Below the pieces are notes generated by a model, which saw only the letters and a list, made by a program, of their open reading frames with translations, did no database searches and was not told the origin of the DNA. Positions 41,039 through 54,790 of a stretch of 64,000 nt of DNA are shown one piece after another (position 1 is the first letter of the stretch; each line of letters opens with the position of its first letter). The position numbers and the translations under genes are program-made. Origin of the DNA: the human T2T-CHM13v2.0 reference genome, Homo sapiens; the NCBI RefSeq assembly GCF_009914755.1, contig NC_060934.1; one strand, given 5' to 3'.

Positions 41039-41669
41039 ATTTTTATGTTTTTAGAATTTATATTTTAAGAATTTTTTGAGTTATAATTTAAATATTATCC
41101 AATTTATTTTTTTCTAGAAAAATTAGAATTATGAAACCAACATCACAATCCAATTTTAGAGTATTTTCATTATCCTAAAATATTTCTCAATTCAGTTTTT
41201 CTACGTATAGATTTGTCTTCTGGGGAAAGTTCATATAAATAAAATCATACGATATGTGGTCTTTTTGTTTTGCTTCTTTCATTTAGCATAAGATTTTTGT
41301 CATTCATCTATGTTATAGTATGTATAAGTACATCATTCTTTTTCATTACCTAATAATATTCCACCATAAGTAGGCTTTATGACTATTCTGAGTCCCTTGG
41401 AATTCCATATGATTTTTCTAATCACCTTGCCAATTACTATGAAGTTAGCTGGGATTTTGATAGGAATTGCACTGAATCTGTAGATCAATTTGGGGAGTAT
41501 TGTATCTGAATAGCTGAACCATATTAAGTCTTCTGATACATAAATATAAAATATATTTGTTTATTTAAATCTTTGGTAATTTATTTCAGTAATATTTTGT
41601 AGTTTTGAAAGTATAATTTTTGCACTTTTTTCATACATTTATCTTTATGTACTTTATTCTTTTTGATGA

Positions 41670-42052
41670 TGTATTTGTTCATTTTCTGATACTATAACAG
41701 AATACCACAGACTGGGTAATTTATTTTAAAAATGAATTAATTTCTCACAGTTCTAGAGGCTTGGGAGTCTAAAAGCACAGCACTGGCATCTGGTGAGGGT
41801 CATCTCATGGTGGAAGGCGAGAAGGTAAAAATGAGCATGTGAGAGAGAAAGCATGAGTGGTGTACTCCCTTTTATTACAACCCACTTTCACAAAAAATAA
41901 ACCTCTCTGGGAATAATGACATTAATCCATTCATGAGGGTTTTGTTCTTATGACCCAATCACTTCCTATTAGGTTCCACCTCCCAAGACTGTTGCATTGG
42001 GGATTAAGTTTCCAACACATGAATTTAGGGGACACATTCAAATAACATTGCA
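41670..42052 (-). mobile_element. MST-type solo LTR inside L1
   Basis: tgtatttgttc...ataccacagactgggtaattt...ggacacattcaaataacattgca; TSD gatga/gatgt. Confidence 0.85.
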
Positions 42053-42258
42053 GATGTCATTTTAAATGGAACTTTTTTTTAAATTTTATTTTTGGATTGT
42101 TCAGGTGTATAGGAAGGGTTGATTTTTGTATGTTAAACTTTTGCCTTGCTGAATGCCTTTTTAGTTTGAATAATTTTCTGATAAATTCATTAATTATTTT
42201 CTATGTTCAGTATTTGTCACCTGCAAATAAGGATAAACTTCTTCCTTTCCATTCTGAT

Positions 42259-42551
42259 GCTTGCTTGCTTGCTTCCTTCTTTCCTTCCTTCCTTCTTTCC
42301 TCCCTCCCTCCCTCTTTCTTTATCTTTCTTTCCCTCCCTCCCTCCTTTCTTTCCTTTCTTTCCCTCCCTCCCTTTCTTTCTTTTCTCTTTCTTTCTTTTT
42401 CTTTTTCTTTTCTTTCCTTCTTTCTTTTCTTTCTTTCTTTTCTTTTTCTTTCTTTCTTTCTCTTTCTTTCTCTCTCTGTCTCTTTCTTTCTCTCTTTCTT
42501 TCTTCCTTCCTTCCTTCTTTCTTTTCTTTCTTTCTTTCGTTTCTTTCTTCC
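42259..42551. repeat. Compound polypyrimidine microsatellite (GCTT/TTCC/TCCC/TTTC)
   Basis: about 280 bp of almost only C and T on +. Confidence 0.97.
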
Positions 42552-43688
42552 AATTACCAATTTTTCTACACAGGACCTACAGCACACTGTTTAACTGATG
42601 TGGTGAGAGTGGACACTATTTTATTGTTCCTAATATTAAGGGAAAAACATCCAGTCATTTACCATTAAGTATGATGTTAGCTGTGGGTTTTTTTAGATTC
42701 TCGTTATTAGGTTTGTGACATTTCCATCTACTGTTAGTTTTTTGAATATATTTTTCATGAAAGGGTGGTGGATTTTTTTAAATGGTTTTTCTGCACTTAC
42801 TAAGATGATCATGCAATTTTTGGTTTCTATTCTATTTGTCTGATGCACCGTATTCATTAATTTCCACACATTGTTCATTCCTGGGATAAATACTACTTGT
42901 CAATGGTGTATAATTCTTTTTGTATGTCACTTGACTCAGCTTGCTACATTTTTGTTGAGGATTTTTGCGTTTTTATTTGTAAGAAATATTGATCCGTAGT
43001 TTACTTTTCTACTATGTCTGTGTCTAGTTCTGTCATTAGGGTAATGCTAGATTTGTCAAAAAAGTTAGGAAGTGCTCTCTCCTTTTCTAGTTTTTTAAAG
43101 TGTTTATAAGAATATGTATGAATTCTTTCTTGTTAGAACACACCATTGTAATCATGTTGGCCTGGGTTTTACCTTGTGTGTAGCATTTTGTTTACTAATT
43201 CAATCTCATCATTTGTTAGAAGTCTATTCAGATTGTCCATTTCTTCTTGAGATAGTTTTGAAGTTCGTGTATTTCTCTGAATTTGTTAATTTTATCTAGA
43301 TTACCTAATTAGTTTGGCATATAATTATTAATCACATTCCTTTATAGTTCTTTTTATTTCTGTAAAATTGGTAGTAATGTTCCCTTTTTTATCTCTGATG
43401 CTAATAATTTGAGTCTTGTCTTTTTTATGGTTGATCTAGCTAAAACAATTTAGTTGTTTCAATCTTTCTAAAGAATGAGCTTTTGTTTATTGATTTTCTC
43501 TATTTTTTAAAAAAAAATCTGTTTCATTAATGTTTGCTGTACACTTTATCACTTTCTTCTTTCCACTTGCTTAAGTTTGGTTTGAGCTTATTTTTCCACT
43601 GGCTTAAGATGTTAGGCTATTTATTTCAGGGTTTCTTCTTTCTTAATCTAAACATTTATAGCTATAAATTTCCAAGTACAAACGTTTT

Positions 43689-43707
43689 TGTATGATTGTG
43701 ATGTAGT

Positions 43708-43756
<49 letters not shown>

Positions 43757-44209
43757 ATCTTGACTCAGTTTTGAGGCCCTGGTTGTATGCCGGTCAGTTC
43801 CTCTTTTTGCCTGTGCTGATTAAGGCCACATCCCCAGCCACTTTCCGTATTGGTCTCTTACACTCTGGGCCACTATACATTGGCACTAATCACCTAGGGT
43901 TTGGTACCAGACACCTAGAAACTGCTGTAGACCCCAGAGTCCCCTGGAATTATTCACAACAGCCAATCCTAGGCCTGCTTACACTGCCTCACCCATGCCT
44001 TCCTGTGGAAACCACAAAAAAGGTGCTTGCCCATGGGTCGCCTCATCTTGGCTGACCCCAGTGCTTCCCCTGAGTGGCCCTACATGGCATACTGTGGTCT
44101 CCCTAAGAAGCTTATGAGTATAATGAAACTGCAAACATCTTTCTGGCTTACTTCTCTTCATCTGCATCCAGTCTTCTCAACCTCACCCAAGATAATATGG
44201 TTAAAACAA
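43689..44209 (+). mobile_element. ERVL LTR, MER54/MER73/MER74 group
   Basis: ccccagagtccctggaattattcacaacagccaatcctaggcctgcttac...ttcctgtggaaaccacaaaaaagg; ends ggttaaaaca; start uncertain. Confidence 0.65.
43711..43754. repeat. (GT)22 microsatellite
   Basis: perfect dinucleotide run. Confidence 0.98.
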
Positions 44210-45120
44210 CTGGAGAGGCAAACAGGGTGTTTTGGCCTCAGATGAAAGAGAAATACCTCTAGATGGTGTCTGGATTTACTGAGAGGTGGAGGCAGCCTGG
44301 GAGGCACTGCTGCCTGCTGGTAAGCTTGTGCTTGAACCACTGCCACTGTGCATGGTTTCACATTTTGCCATCATTTCCAATCCTAAACTGTGGATCTCAT
44401 AAACTGTGTTCTCCTTGAGTTTCTACAACCTAAGCACGTGCCTGCCTCCTCTCTTAGTCACTGGTTCCTAAGCCTCCAGAAGTGAAGGTCCCATATCGAC
44501 AACTTCATTCTTCAAAACCTCCCCAAAAAGGAGAGAAAAGGGGCTAACCCCCTTGGACCTTATGATACCCCCCAATCAGCTGAGTGGGCTGTGCCCCAAA
44601 TAGCCAAGCATATCTGAATCAAATTCGAATTTCTTGTTGCCTGTTGTAGTGTAGCAACAGCAGACTGCTCACAGGTTGCCTGGAAGTACCAAGAGTTGCA
44701 TGGAACTAGCATAGGAGCACCCTAACATGGGGTCCTTGAAAAAAATAGTGTGCTGTTGGGGCCGGTGGTTCCTCTGCTGTTGTTTACCTTGTATCTGATG
44801 GCTCTCCATCCCTATAGTCAGTGGTCTATCGGCACACACACCCATGGAAACTAGCAATTCAAAATTTTATGAAGCAGGAAAAGGAAAAAGATCATCTTAC
44901 CCTTGCTCCCTGTTGGAAAATGTAAAATTCTAAGTCATTTTGCTCAGGCACTGCTTACTGTTGCAGCCTATCAACCACACTAAGAGCTCGTTATTGAGAT
45001 CAAATGGCCTACAGGTTTTCTCTAGAAGACCTGGATGCTGACATTTACTTTTCCTAGGTTGACAGGGATGCCTTAGAATGAGAATCAGCAGCTTATGAAT
45101 AGACTTATGGGTACTACCAG
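44210..45120 (+). mobile_element. Probable decayed ERVL internal sequence
   Basis: follows the LTR with a PBS-like actggagaggcaaacagg; more GC-rich than its flanks; no intact ORF. Confidence 0.4.
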
Positions 45121-45484
45121 GAGTAAATGGTGAACATCGAAAGGATAAAAATGGTTTGGAGCAGACAAAATATTTTTAAATTGGACAAAATATTTGAATA
45201 AAATGAAAGAAGACATACTGATGGCAAAAATGTGTTCCACAAATCGTTAGTCATTAGGGAAATTTACATTAAAACCACAATGTTGTATCGTTATAGAGAA
45301 TAGATTGACTAAGGAAAAAGTGCTGATAATACTTAGTGCAGGCAAGAAAGTGGAGTCACTGAAACTCACACATGTGACAGAAATATAAAATGATACAATC
45401 TCTTGAAAGGCTCTGTCAGTTTGATAGAATCAGGGGTCTGTCTACTCATGCTTCTCCATTTTTTAGGGTCCTCATGAAAGACAT

Positions 45485-45824
45485 TGATATGGTTTGGCTG
45501 TGTCTTCTCCCAAATCTCACCCTGAATTGTAATAATCCCCATGTGTCAAGGGTGGGGCCAGGTGGAGATAATTGAATCATGGAGGTGGTTTCCCCCATAC
45601 TGTTCTCCTGGTAGTGAATACATCTCAGGAGATCTGATGGTTTTATAAATGGGAGTTCCCTGCACAAGTTCTCTCTCCTGCCACCATGTAAGATGTTGGC
45701 CTGCACCATGTAAGATGAGGCCTCCCCAACCATGTGGAATTGTGAGTCAATTAAACCTCTTTCCTTTATAAATTACCCAGTTTTAGGTATGTTTTTATTA
45801 GCAGCATGAGAACAGAATAATACA
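45485..45824 (+). mobile_element. THE1 solo LTR
   Basis: tgatatggtttggctgtgtc...attaaacctcttcctttataaattacccag...taataca; TSD gacat/gactt. Confidence 0.93.
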
Positions 45825-48089
45825 GACTTCTTCCTTTCTACAGGTATCTGAGTTTGAAAACCATTGGCCTAAAGTCACTCAACACTTCGGGCAATGTTGG
45901 ATGATCAAGGTAAGAGGTTATATTTGGGTATAGGCCAGGTTATAGCTAGCATTCTTGGATTGCTTTTTTTTTTCCTGAAACTTTCTGTGGGTTAAATATC
46001 TATCTATAACTGTGGCTATAGATATAACTTTTATGTGAATAATGTATGTGTTAGAGGTGAGGGGTATTTTTAGTATGCAATAAACAGATTGAAAGATAGG
46101 ATTTTGGCTACACTTATGAGGATTAGTGCATTGAGTAATTACAGATGTCACAATGATTTAGAATGAGTACAAAAATCAATGTTAGGCAAACTATTCCTCT
46201 GTAAACATTAAAATTCTGCTTTGATGTGATAATAATCCTTAATTAAGATGTTTGTAATCAGCTTATTTAGTCATCTATAGTGAGCTAAGCTTAGCAAGGG
46301 CAACATGCAGCATGATTCACTGGGCTGTGAGAAAAACACTGTATTCGTACACTTTTTATTTAACTTAAAAATAATAAACACATTAAGTTAGGAAGCTTGC
46401 TGATAAAGATATGAGAGCTCCACAATCCAGAGCTGTTGATAACACCACCAGGACTCACTGACTTACTACTGCTGAATTGAAGCATAGTAAAGTATACATG
46501 TGCTTTGCAAGATATAATTATGGATTTTATTATCTAGTATTGACCCTCAAAAAATAGAAAAGTGGTTTAAATAGATTCCTCCCATTGTGAAACACAAGAA
46601 AATGGCAGAGCTAATATGGGTAATGTGAAATGTTTGTAACCCATATTAAGTTGTAAACACAATGGCAATCAAAATGCCTGATAGCACATTGTCAAAAATT
46701 AAATTATGAAAGATATTATTTTACTATATAAATTCACATTTATTTTTAGTGTTGATGATCTTGCCTTGGTTTATATTTTGACTAGAGTTAGTATAAACAT
46801 GCTGGAGACCACTAGCTCTGCATCAAAGACTAGTATTATTCTGTAGTTTAAATTGTTGCTGAGAATACATTATAAGCCAAGAAATAGATTTCCAAGCCCA
46901 CTTTGCCAATAGAGTATTAGCAAAATTGATCTATGATCCTTTTTACCCAGGCCTATAAAAGTCTTTTCTTCCACCTATTGGATGCAGTCAATGTCTAGGG
47001 TGGCCATGAAAGTCTTGTGTTAGCCAGGGCTCCCACGTGAATAGAGTTCTTTCCTCTCCTAGCCCCTTTCCCAGTACAGTCTGATTTCATATGAACAATA
47101 AATAAACATCTATTTAGTAAGCCAATAAGATTTCAGGATTATCAATAACTTTTATATTCATTTTACCAAATATGTAGCTTGCATTAAATTATTTCATAAT
47201 GACATGATAATTGGTATAAGTTTTAAAATATAAGCATCTAACACATGATAATAAATATGTATTTATTTTCAACAACATTTTAAGTCTAGATAATTCCTCC
47301 AATACTTGGCAAAATTTCCCTAAACAATAATAAATGTGAAGAAACATACAGGTAGAGTACATAGGAAATGGCAGCAAAGTGCCTTGTTTCTCTAGATACT
47401 ATTAAACGGGCAGAGAAAAATTTCAAAAGTTTGAAAGAAATATGTTTAAAATAATACATAGTGTGAGAGGTTCCAGAGATGGATAAAAGTACAGATTCCT
47501 AACATGTCTTAGATTTTGGCATTTGATATTTTGTATTTCTAGAAAAGATACATAAGACAACTATTCTTGTCAGTCACTAAGAAAAAATATACCAGGAAAA
47601 CCAAAAGCGTAACCATAAATTTTTTTCTACTTTTATGAGAATCAACAAAAAGACTTTAAAAAAACTTTCTTTTGAGAGATAAGGTTTATTTGCATCATTC
47701 GTAGGCAATCTTAAGCAGCAAGTATACATAAAGTACTAATGAACAAAATTCTACAAGAAAAGCTAATATTGTTTATTTGTTTTGATAAAAATAAAGCCTT
47801 CTTTTTAAGTAGGTGGAGAGTTACTCTGAAAATCTTTGTGCCAGGCAGGAGTTCACTGGTTACATTTCAAAATGTTCTTGAACTGGGCATTAATTTTTAA
47901 GATGTAAGTCACTTCATGTTATAAATTCATTGATTTTATTTTGTTTTGGGATAAGTAGCTATCAATAGTAAGATATATAGCAGATATTTTTTACACAATT
48001 AAGAATGATAATAATTAAAACTTATGTACTGTTACCTATGCTTCTGACACTGTTTAAAATTTTTTTCCATCAATTTTATTCAATTAAAT

Positions 48090-49110
48090 TTACACATAAT
48101 ACTGTGCACCAATGTTTGAGAGTATCAGCCTTTTAAATTTTTCCTGTTGTAGAGGATATGTACTAGTACTTGGTTGTGGTTTTAATTTATATTTCCCTGG
48201 CAATTAAAGATGTTAAGTATCTTTTTATATGTTTATTTGCCATTTGTTTATTTTGCTGTGCAATAAAATATTTTGTGAATTTTAAAAAATTAGCTAATGT
48301 GCTTTCTTACCATTGAGTCTGTCGACCTAAAAGGAAGAGGCTGAGGCACAAAATATAATTTAAAGCATTTACTTGAGCCAAAGTGAGGACAAAGTAAATT
48401 TAAAGCATTTACTTGAGCTAAAGTGAGGACAGCTTTCCAGGGTCTCACACCCAAGTATCTTTAGATAAGAGCCGTGTTCAGCCTTTGTTACAAGGAGGTT
48501 TCTAAAGGACAAAATTGAGGACAAGGAGTGGGTTGATACAAAGTTGTTTATCGACAATTCTCATTGGTTTACAGAAATAACATTGATTAGTGATTGGCTA
48601 TACATTGTTAATCTAGGGGTGTGGGTTATAGTGTCTGGTGCCGCATTGGTAGGGTACTTTACAGCTACTGTGGCAATAGCAAAAGCAGTTTCAAGAGATG
48701 AATGCATAGCTGAAAAGCGGGGAAGTAGGACAGGGTTGCTGTCTCATTTTAATGCTTCTCTGGGATACTTTAAAAGAATTCACACTCTTCAGATAAAAGT
48801 TCCTTTCTTTTCTCAAGTTGTAAGAGTTCTTTATATTTTGTATACAAGCATTTTGTCAACTTTATACGATGCAAACATTTTCTCAAAGTCTATGGCTTAT
48901 TCTTTCATGTTAATGGTTGACTGGAAAATGTTGATGAATTTCAGCTTATCATTTTCTTTTGGTACACACGATGCTGAACCACAGGTCATAAAGTTGTTCT
49001 TCCGGGCTAGAAGTTGTATAATTTAGCTTTTAAGTTTAGGTTCGTGAATCACTTTGAGTTTACTTTGTTTATGGTGTGAGAAATGCTTGAGGTTTTTTGT
49101 TTTTTGTTTC
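48090..49110 (-). mobile_element. Old L1M ORF2 3' fragment split by an LTR
   Basis: ttgtggttttaatttatatttccctg...cattgagt | agttgtaagagttctttatattttg. Confidence 0.75.
48320..48815 (-). mobile_element. MER65-like ERV1 solo LTR
   Basis: tgtcgacctaaaaggaagaggctgaggc...cttttctca; TSD agtc/agtt; internal tandem duplication. Confidence 0.7.
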
Positions 49111-49124
49111 CAAATGGAAAATTA

Positions 49125-49555
49125 TTTCAAAATGGATGAGACTTAAATGTGAAATATAACACTTATGAAACTTGTAGAAGAAACCATAAGAGAAAAATGT
49201 GTCACTTTCACATTGGAAATGAATTTTTGATACTTTGCCCAAAACATAAGGAAAATAATTTATGAACTTCATTTTACCAAAGCTTTTATCCTGTGATACA
49301 TTGGTAGAGGATGAAAAGATAAATTTTGGCCTGATGGATTATATTTCTAAATCTCATATCCAATAAGGAACTTATATCTAGTATAAATAAAAAACACTTA
49401 AGCATCAATAAGATAGCATACAATCCAATAAAAAAGCAACATATCTGAACAGAAACTTTATTATGTAAGTTATATGAATGCCATATTAGCCATAAAATGA
49501 TGTTCAATATTATTTATTGCTGGCGAAATGAAAATTTAAATGGTCATGAGATAAC
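49125..49555 (+). mobile_element. Old L1M ORF2 3' fragment
   Basis: caaaatggatgagacttaaatgtgaaa...ctcatatccaataaggaacttatatctag. Confidence 0.65.
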
Positions 49556-49947
49556 TGAGAATGGCAGAGTAAAGAATTTTGAAAATTTTTTCTCCCATCA
49601 AATCAATGAGAACATTGACAGAAACTGTAAAAATCAACTTTCTCAGAACGTTTAAAATTAACTGGAAATTAAAGCTAGAAAATATGTAGAAAGGATTTAT
49701 TCAAGAAAAATAGCTGAATCTAGGTAAGAACAGCAAATTATATGGCAGTTTGACATTTTATTTCCACTCCCTTTTTGCAGCTCTGTGATAGCCTTGAAAA
49801 CCAACAGCATGATGAAAAACAAGAAAATCTATTAGCCACTGGTGGAGGCTAAAGAGGTTTGGACACCTCAAAAACCACATTTCCAGAAAATTGTATTTGA
49901 TCTATCAGTTCCTTGGAAAACTCCATTGAGATATTGCCCGGTGCTAA

Positions 49948-51634
49948 TGTGTCCAGAATTGGTGGGTTCTTGGTCTCACTGACTTCAAGAATGAAGCAGT
50001 GGACCCTTGTGGTGAGTGTTACAGCTCTTAAGGTGGCGTGTCTGGAGTCTGTCCCTTCTGATGTTCAGATGTGTTCAGAGTTTCTTCCTTCTGGTGGGCT
50101 CGTGGTCTCGCTGGGCTCAGGAGTGAAGCCGCAGATCTTCGTGGTGAGTGTTACAGCTCATAAAAGCAGCGTGGACCCAAAGAGTGAGCAGTAGCAATAT
50201 TTACTGCAAAGAGCAAAAGAACAAAGCTTCCACAGCGTGGAAGGGGACCCGAGCGGGTTGCCAATGCTGGCTCGGGCAGCCTGCTTTTATTCTCTTATCT
50301 AGCCCCATCCACATCCTGCTGATTGGTAGAGCCCAGTGGCCTGTTTTGTCAGGGCGCTGATTGGTGCGTTTACAATCCCTGAGCTAGATACAAAGGTTCT
50401 CCACGTCCCCATCAGATTAGTTAGATACAGAGTTTTGACACACAGGTTCTCCAAGGCCCCACCAGAGCAGCTAGATACAGAGCATCGATTGGTGCATTCA
50501 TAAACCCTGAGCTAAACACAGGGTGCTGATTGGTGTGTTCACAAACCCTGAGCTAGATACGAGTGCCGATTGGTGTATTTACAATCCTTGAGCTAGACAT
50601 AAGGGTTCTCCACGTCCTCACCAGGGCAGCCAGATACAGAGTGTCGACTGGTGCACTCACAAACCTTGAGCTAAACACAGGGTGCTGATTGGTGTATTTA
50701 CAATCCCTGAGCTAGATATAAAGACTCTCCAGGTATCCTCACCAGAGCAGCTAGATACAGAGTGTTGATTGGTGCACTCACAAACCTTGAGCTAAACACA
50801 GGGTGCTGACTGGTGTATTTACAATCCCTGAGCTAGATATAAAGATTCTCCACGTCCTCACCAGAGCAGCTAGATACAGAGTGTCGACTGGTGCACTCAC
50901 AAACCTTGAGCTAAACACAGGGTGCTGATTGGTGTATTTACAAACCTTGAGCTAGACATAAAGACTCTCCACATCCCCACCAGACTCAGGAGCCCAGCTG
51001 GCTTCACCTGGTGGATCCTACACCAGGGCTGCAGGTGGAGCTGCCTGCCAGTCCCGCGCCGTGCGCTCGCATTCCTCAGCCCTTGGGTGGTCGATGGGAC
51101 TGGGCGCCGTGGAGCAGGGGGTGGTGCTCGTCGGGGAGGCTCGGGCCGCACAGGAGCCCATGGAGTGGGTGGGAGGCTCAGGCATGGCGGGCTGCAGGTC
51201 CCCAGCCCTGCCCTGTGGGAAGGCAGCTAAGGCCCGGCGACAAATCCAGCACAGCGCCGGTGGGCCAGCACTGCTGGGGGACTCAGTACACCCTCCGCAG
51301 CCACTGGCCCGGGTGCTAAGTCCCCTATTACCCGGGGCCAGCAGGGCTGGCTGGCTGCTCCGAGTGCGGGGCCCACGAAGCCCACACCCACCCAGAACTC
51401 CAGCTGGCCCGCAAGCGCCGCACACAGCCCTGGTTCCCGCTCGTGCCTCTCCCTCCACACCTCCCTGCAAGCTGAGGGAGTGGGCTCCGGCCTTGACCAG
51501 CCCAGAAAGGGGCTCCCACAGTGCAGTGGGGGACTGAAGGGCTCTTCAAATGCCACCAAAGTGGGAGCCCAGGCAGGGGAGGTGCCGAAAGCAGGCGAGG
51601 GCTCTGAGGACTGCCAGCACGCTGTCACCTCTCA
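49948..51634 (-). mobile_element. LTR12C (ERV9) solo LTR, full length
   Basis: TG/CA ends, perfect TSD ctaa; tandem ~40-bp units carrying CCAAT and GATA motifs (50320-50960); CpG-rich U3 (51000-51620); inserted in an L1M 5' region. Confidence 0.95.
50250..50960 (-). promoter_or_regulatory. LTR12C promoter/enhancer: CCAAT (NF-Y) array and AATAAAAG TATA-like box
   Basis: about eight intact gattgg and three gactgg variants on +; cttttatt at ~50285; activity inferred from family knowledge only. Confidence 0.6.
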
Positions 51635-52264
51635 CTAACAGTCTTTTCCCGGGAGCATCTGTGTACAAATGAAGGAACTAACAATAACAACAAACAGTGA
51701 TGAATTGTTCAACATTGTTGCTTGGTGAGGTAGCAATAACAGTTGCAGTGAATAACAAGTTGGCCAAAAAACTAAAAAGGAAAAGCTGGAAATGAGATAT
51801 CCATAGGGTCTTTGAAAAGCTCTGGCATATTTCTGGAATTAGAAGGTCACATTTATGTATAGTAGTGTTCGTCTCATCAGGGATGTGGAATACCAGGAAA
51901 GACCTGAGTATGTATGTCCTCAGTTCTCACCTCTGGCTGATCTTGAAGCTCTGCACAAGCAGCACATGAAGGTGAAAGCAGAGCTGTAAACTTGCTGCCT
52001 GAGCGTAGAGAGTGTGCACCAAAATGTGATGCAAAGACTCGTAGTAAAAGTTTGCAGACTTACTGGTTCCAGGCATTTAAGGAAATCCCTGTTCGATCAT
52101 TAGCCCAGTACTAAGATAATTGGGTAGAGACTGCGGGAGCCACACAAAACAAAGAATGCAAACTTATAGAATTAGTTCAAGAAAAGTCACTAAACAAGCA
52201 AACAAAAACAGCAAAAACCCTTGGTGGAGAAGGAATCTAATTTTCAGAATATTATATTATAGTA

Positions 52265-52927
<663 letters not shown>

Positions 52928-53094
52928 TATATTATTTTAAATGTCCAATGTTTAATAAAAATTATATACATGCAAAGAAACAAGAAAGTATGTCTTATAC
53001 ACAGGGGAAAACAGCAGTCAATAGAAATTGTTAATGAGATCACCCAGATATTGGATTTAGAAAAATACATGTAAATCAACGATTTCAAATTTGT

Positions 53095-53320
53095 CTGTAT
53101 TAATTTTCTAGGGCAACTGTAAAGAATACCACCAACTGGGTAACTTAAATGACAGAAGTTCATTGTCTCATAGTTCTGGAGACTAGATGTCTGAAATCAA
53201 GGGATTGGCAGGGTTGGTCCCTTGCTAAAGGCTGTCATGGTAGGATCTGTTCTTGGTTTGTAGATGGCTGTCTTCTCCTTTGGTCAAAATTTCCTCTTTT
53301 TATAAGAACATAAGCCACAC
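53095..53320 (-). mobile_element. MLT1 LTR fragment
   Basis: cattgtctcatagttctggagactagatgtctgaaatcaagg. Confidence 0.75.
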
Positions 53321-53451
53321 ATTTAAGGTATACAACTTGATCTTTTGATGTGTATATACATTGTGGAATGATCACTACAGTCAAGAAATTAATATATCCA
53401 TCAAGTCATGTAAGTAAATTTTTTGTTTTGTTTTGCTTAATAAGATGTACC

Positions 53452-53720
53452 TGTAATGTCTGTTCATAATTTTATGTTGCCTCAATATCATTTAAATATA
53501 TAGGTTTAACATTCTCATGCCAGAAGCAGGGTTCAGTTACCCCTGACACAGCTTCCAATATTATATCCCACCCAAATGTCTCTGGCCGGTGGCTAGAGAT
53601 AAAAAATTAAAGGCATCTCTCCTGCCAGGCAAGCTGGACTCCTTGTTTTCCCTCTGATTTCTTTAAATGGACAGTTTAGATATTTTCCCATGAACTTGAA
53701 ATGACAACCTCTCAGTCACA
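53452..53720 (+). mobile_element. LTR47-like partial LTR
   Basis: ataattttatgttgcctc...ctcatgccagaagcagggttcagttacccctgacacag. Confidence 0.6.
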
Positions 53721-54639
53721 GAATGGGCTCCTGCCTCCCAAGGGGATGGGATTACAGGTGTGAGCCAATGCCCCAGCCTTGAATATGTTTATTAAAGATG
53801 TTCATTCGACTTGTCCCAAATCATTTACGTAAGTGGAGATGTTATGTGAACCCAGGCCACTTGTGTCCTAAATCCATGCCTTTAATCTCCTTCTGGAGAA
53901 CTCATAGATATCAATGTTCCTTTGCAGCCTTCCTTGTTGTGTATGTTTCTGTGTATGTTTGTGTGTTGCGGGGGGGCAGGGAGTGAAGGGTGTTTAATTT
54001 TAATTTAGATGAGATTATGGTTTTCTCAACTTTTTAGCAATTTATCATGGATTATTTTTACCTAAATACCTCTTTCAATTTTACAGATGTAAATATATTC
54101 ATTTAATTCTGCATCAAAATAATTATATGTAAAATAAAATACCAGGAAAAAACCTAAAGACTTGAAGTAGGAAATAAAATTCATTGAATTCTTTCATTAA
54201 ATGCTTATTTAAATGAATTATGATGTTCTACTTTTCAAAACACCAAATCCAGCAATTCAATTTCTGGCCTCTAAAACTTATCATCTAAGGTTTCTTTCTA
54301 AATATACATTGAAAATAGTGTTGATTTTAGGGAGTCATTTTTCTCCTCTACAGCAATGATTCAGTGAATAATTTTAGCAGAATATTTTCCTACTTTTATC
54401 TTCATAAGTAAAATAGAAAATCAGCTTGTTCATACATTCTGCTTATGAGAGTTTTAGAAAATCTTAATGCTACAGACACCACAAATATGTAGACAGATCT
54501 CTTGCCTCTTCACCTTTTTCCTCCCCATTTTCCCCTTTTTCTTGAAAATTACAGCTTGCCTTGGACTGTACCAGCTGGTGCCACTTGGGATAATAAAACA
54601 GCATGAGCTTCAGTGTGATAATTTATTACATTTATGTCA

Positions 54640-54790
54640 TGAGTTTTTTGGTACTATAGTTAGCCTACCAGAGCCTCAGTTTTTCTTGTCTGCTTTAATT
54701 TGTAAATTGGTCATTAATACCTGCTTTATATGGTTATTAGGGACAATAAGGAGACAGTTAAAGCACTAGTTAAGAGCCTGGCACATGACT
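54640..54790 (+). mobile_element. MIR
   Basis: gagcctcagtttt...tgtaaattgg...taaagcactagttaagagcctggcacat. Confidence 0.7.

Larger units (their letters stand above)
41040..43680 (-). mobile_element. L1M (L1MB/MC-like) 3' end and ORF2 pieces
   Basis: gggattttgataggaattgcactgaatctgtagatcaatttgggg; accattaagtatgatgttagctgtggg; hosts an MST LTR and a CT-rich tract. Confidence 0.85.

Noticed and set aside
42097-42668. Five overlapping ORFs of 77-165 aa
   Set aside because: Stop-free translation of a CT-rich microsatellite.
48544-49026. 160-aa hydrophobic ORF resembling a membrane protein
   Set aside because: Spans an antisense LTR and antisense L1 junction, has a non-ATG start and shows no recognisable domain.
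50320-50960. Regularly spaced repeats resembling a CRISPR array
   Set aside because: LTR12 tandem enhancer units: the spacers are themselves repeated and no cas genes are present.
50897-51628. Cluster of long GC-rich ORFs and a CpG-island-like region
   Set aside because: U3 region of LTR12C; high GC content suppresses stop codons.
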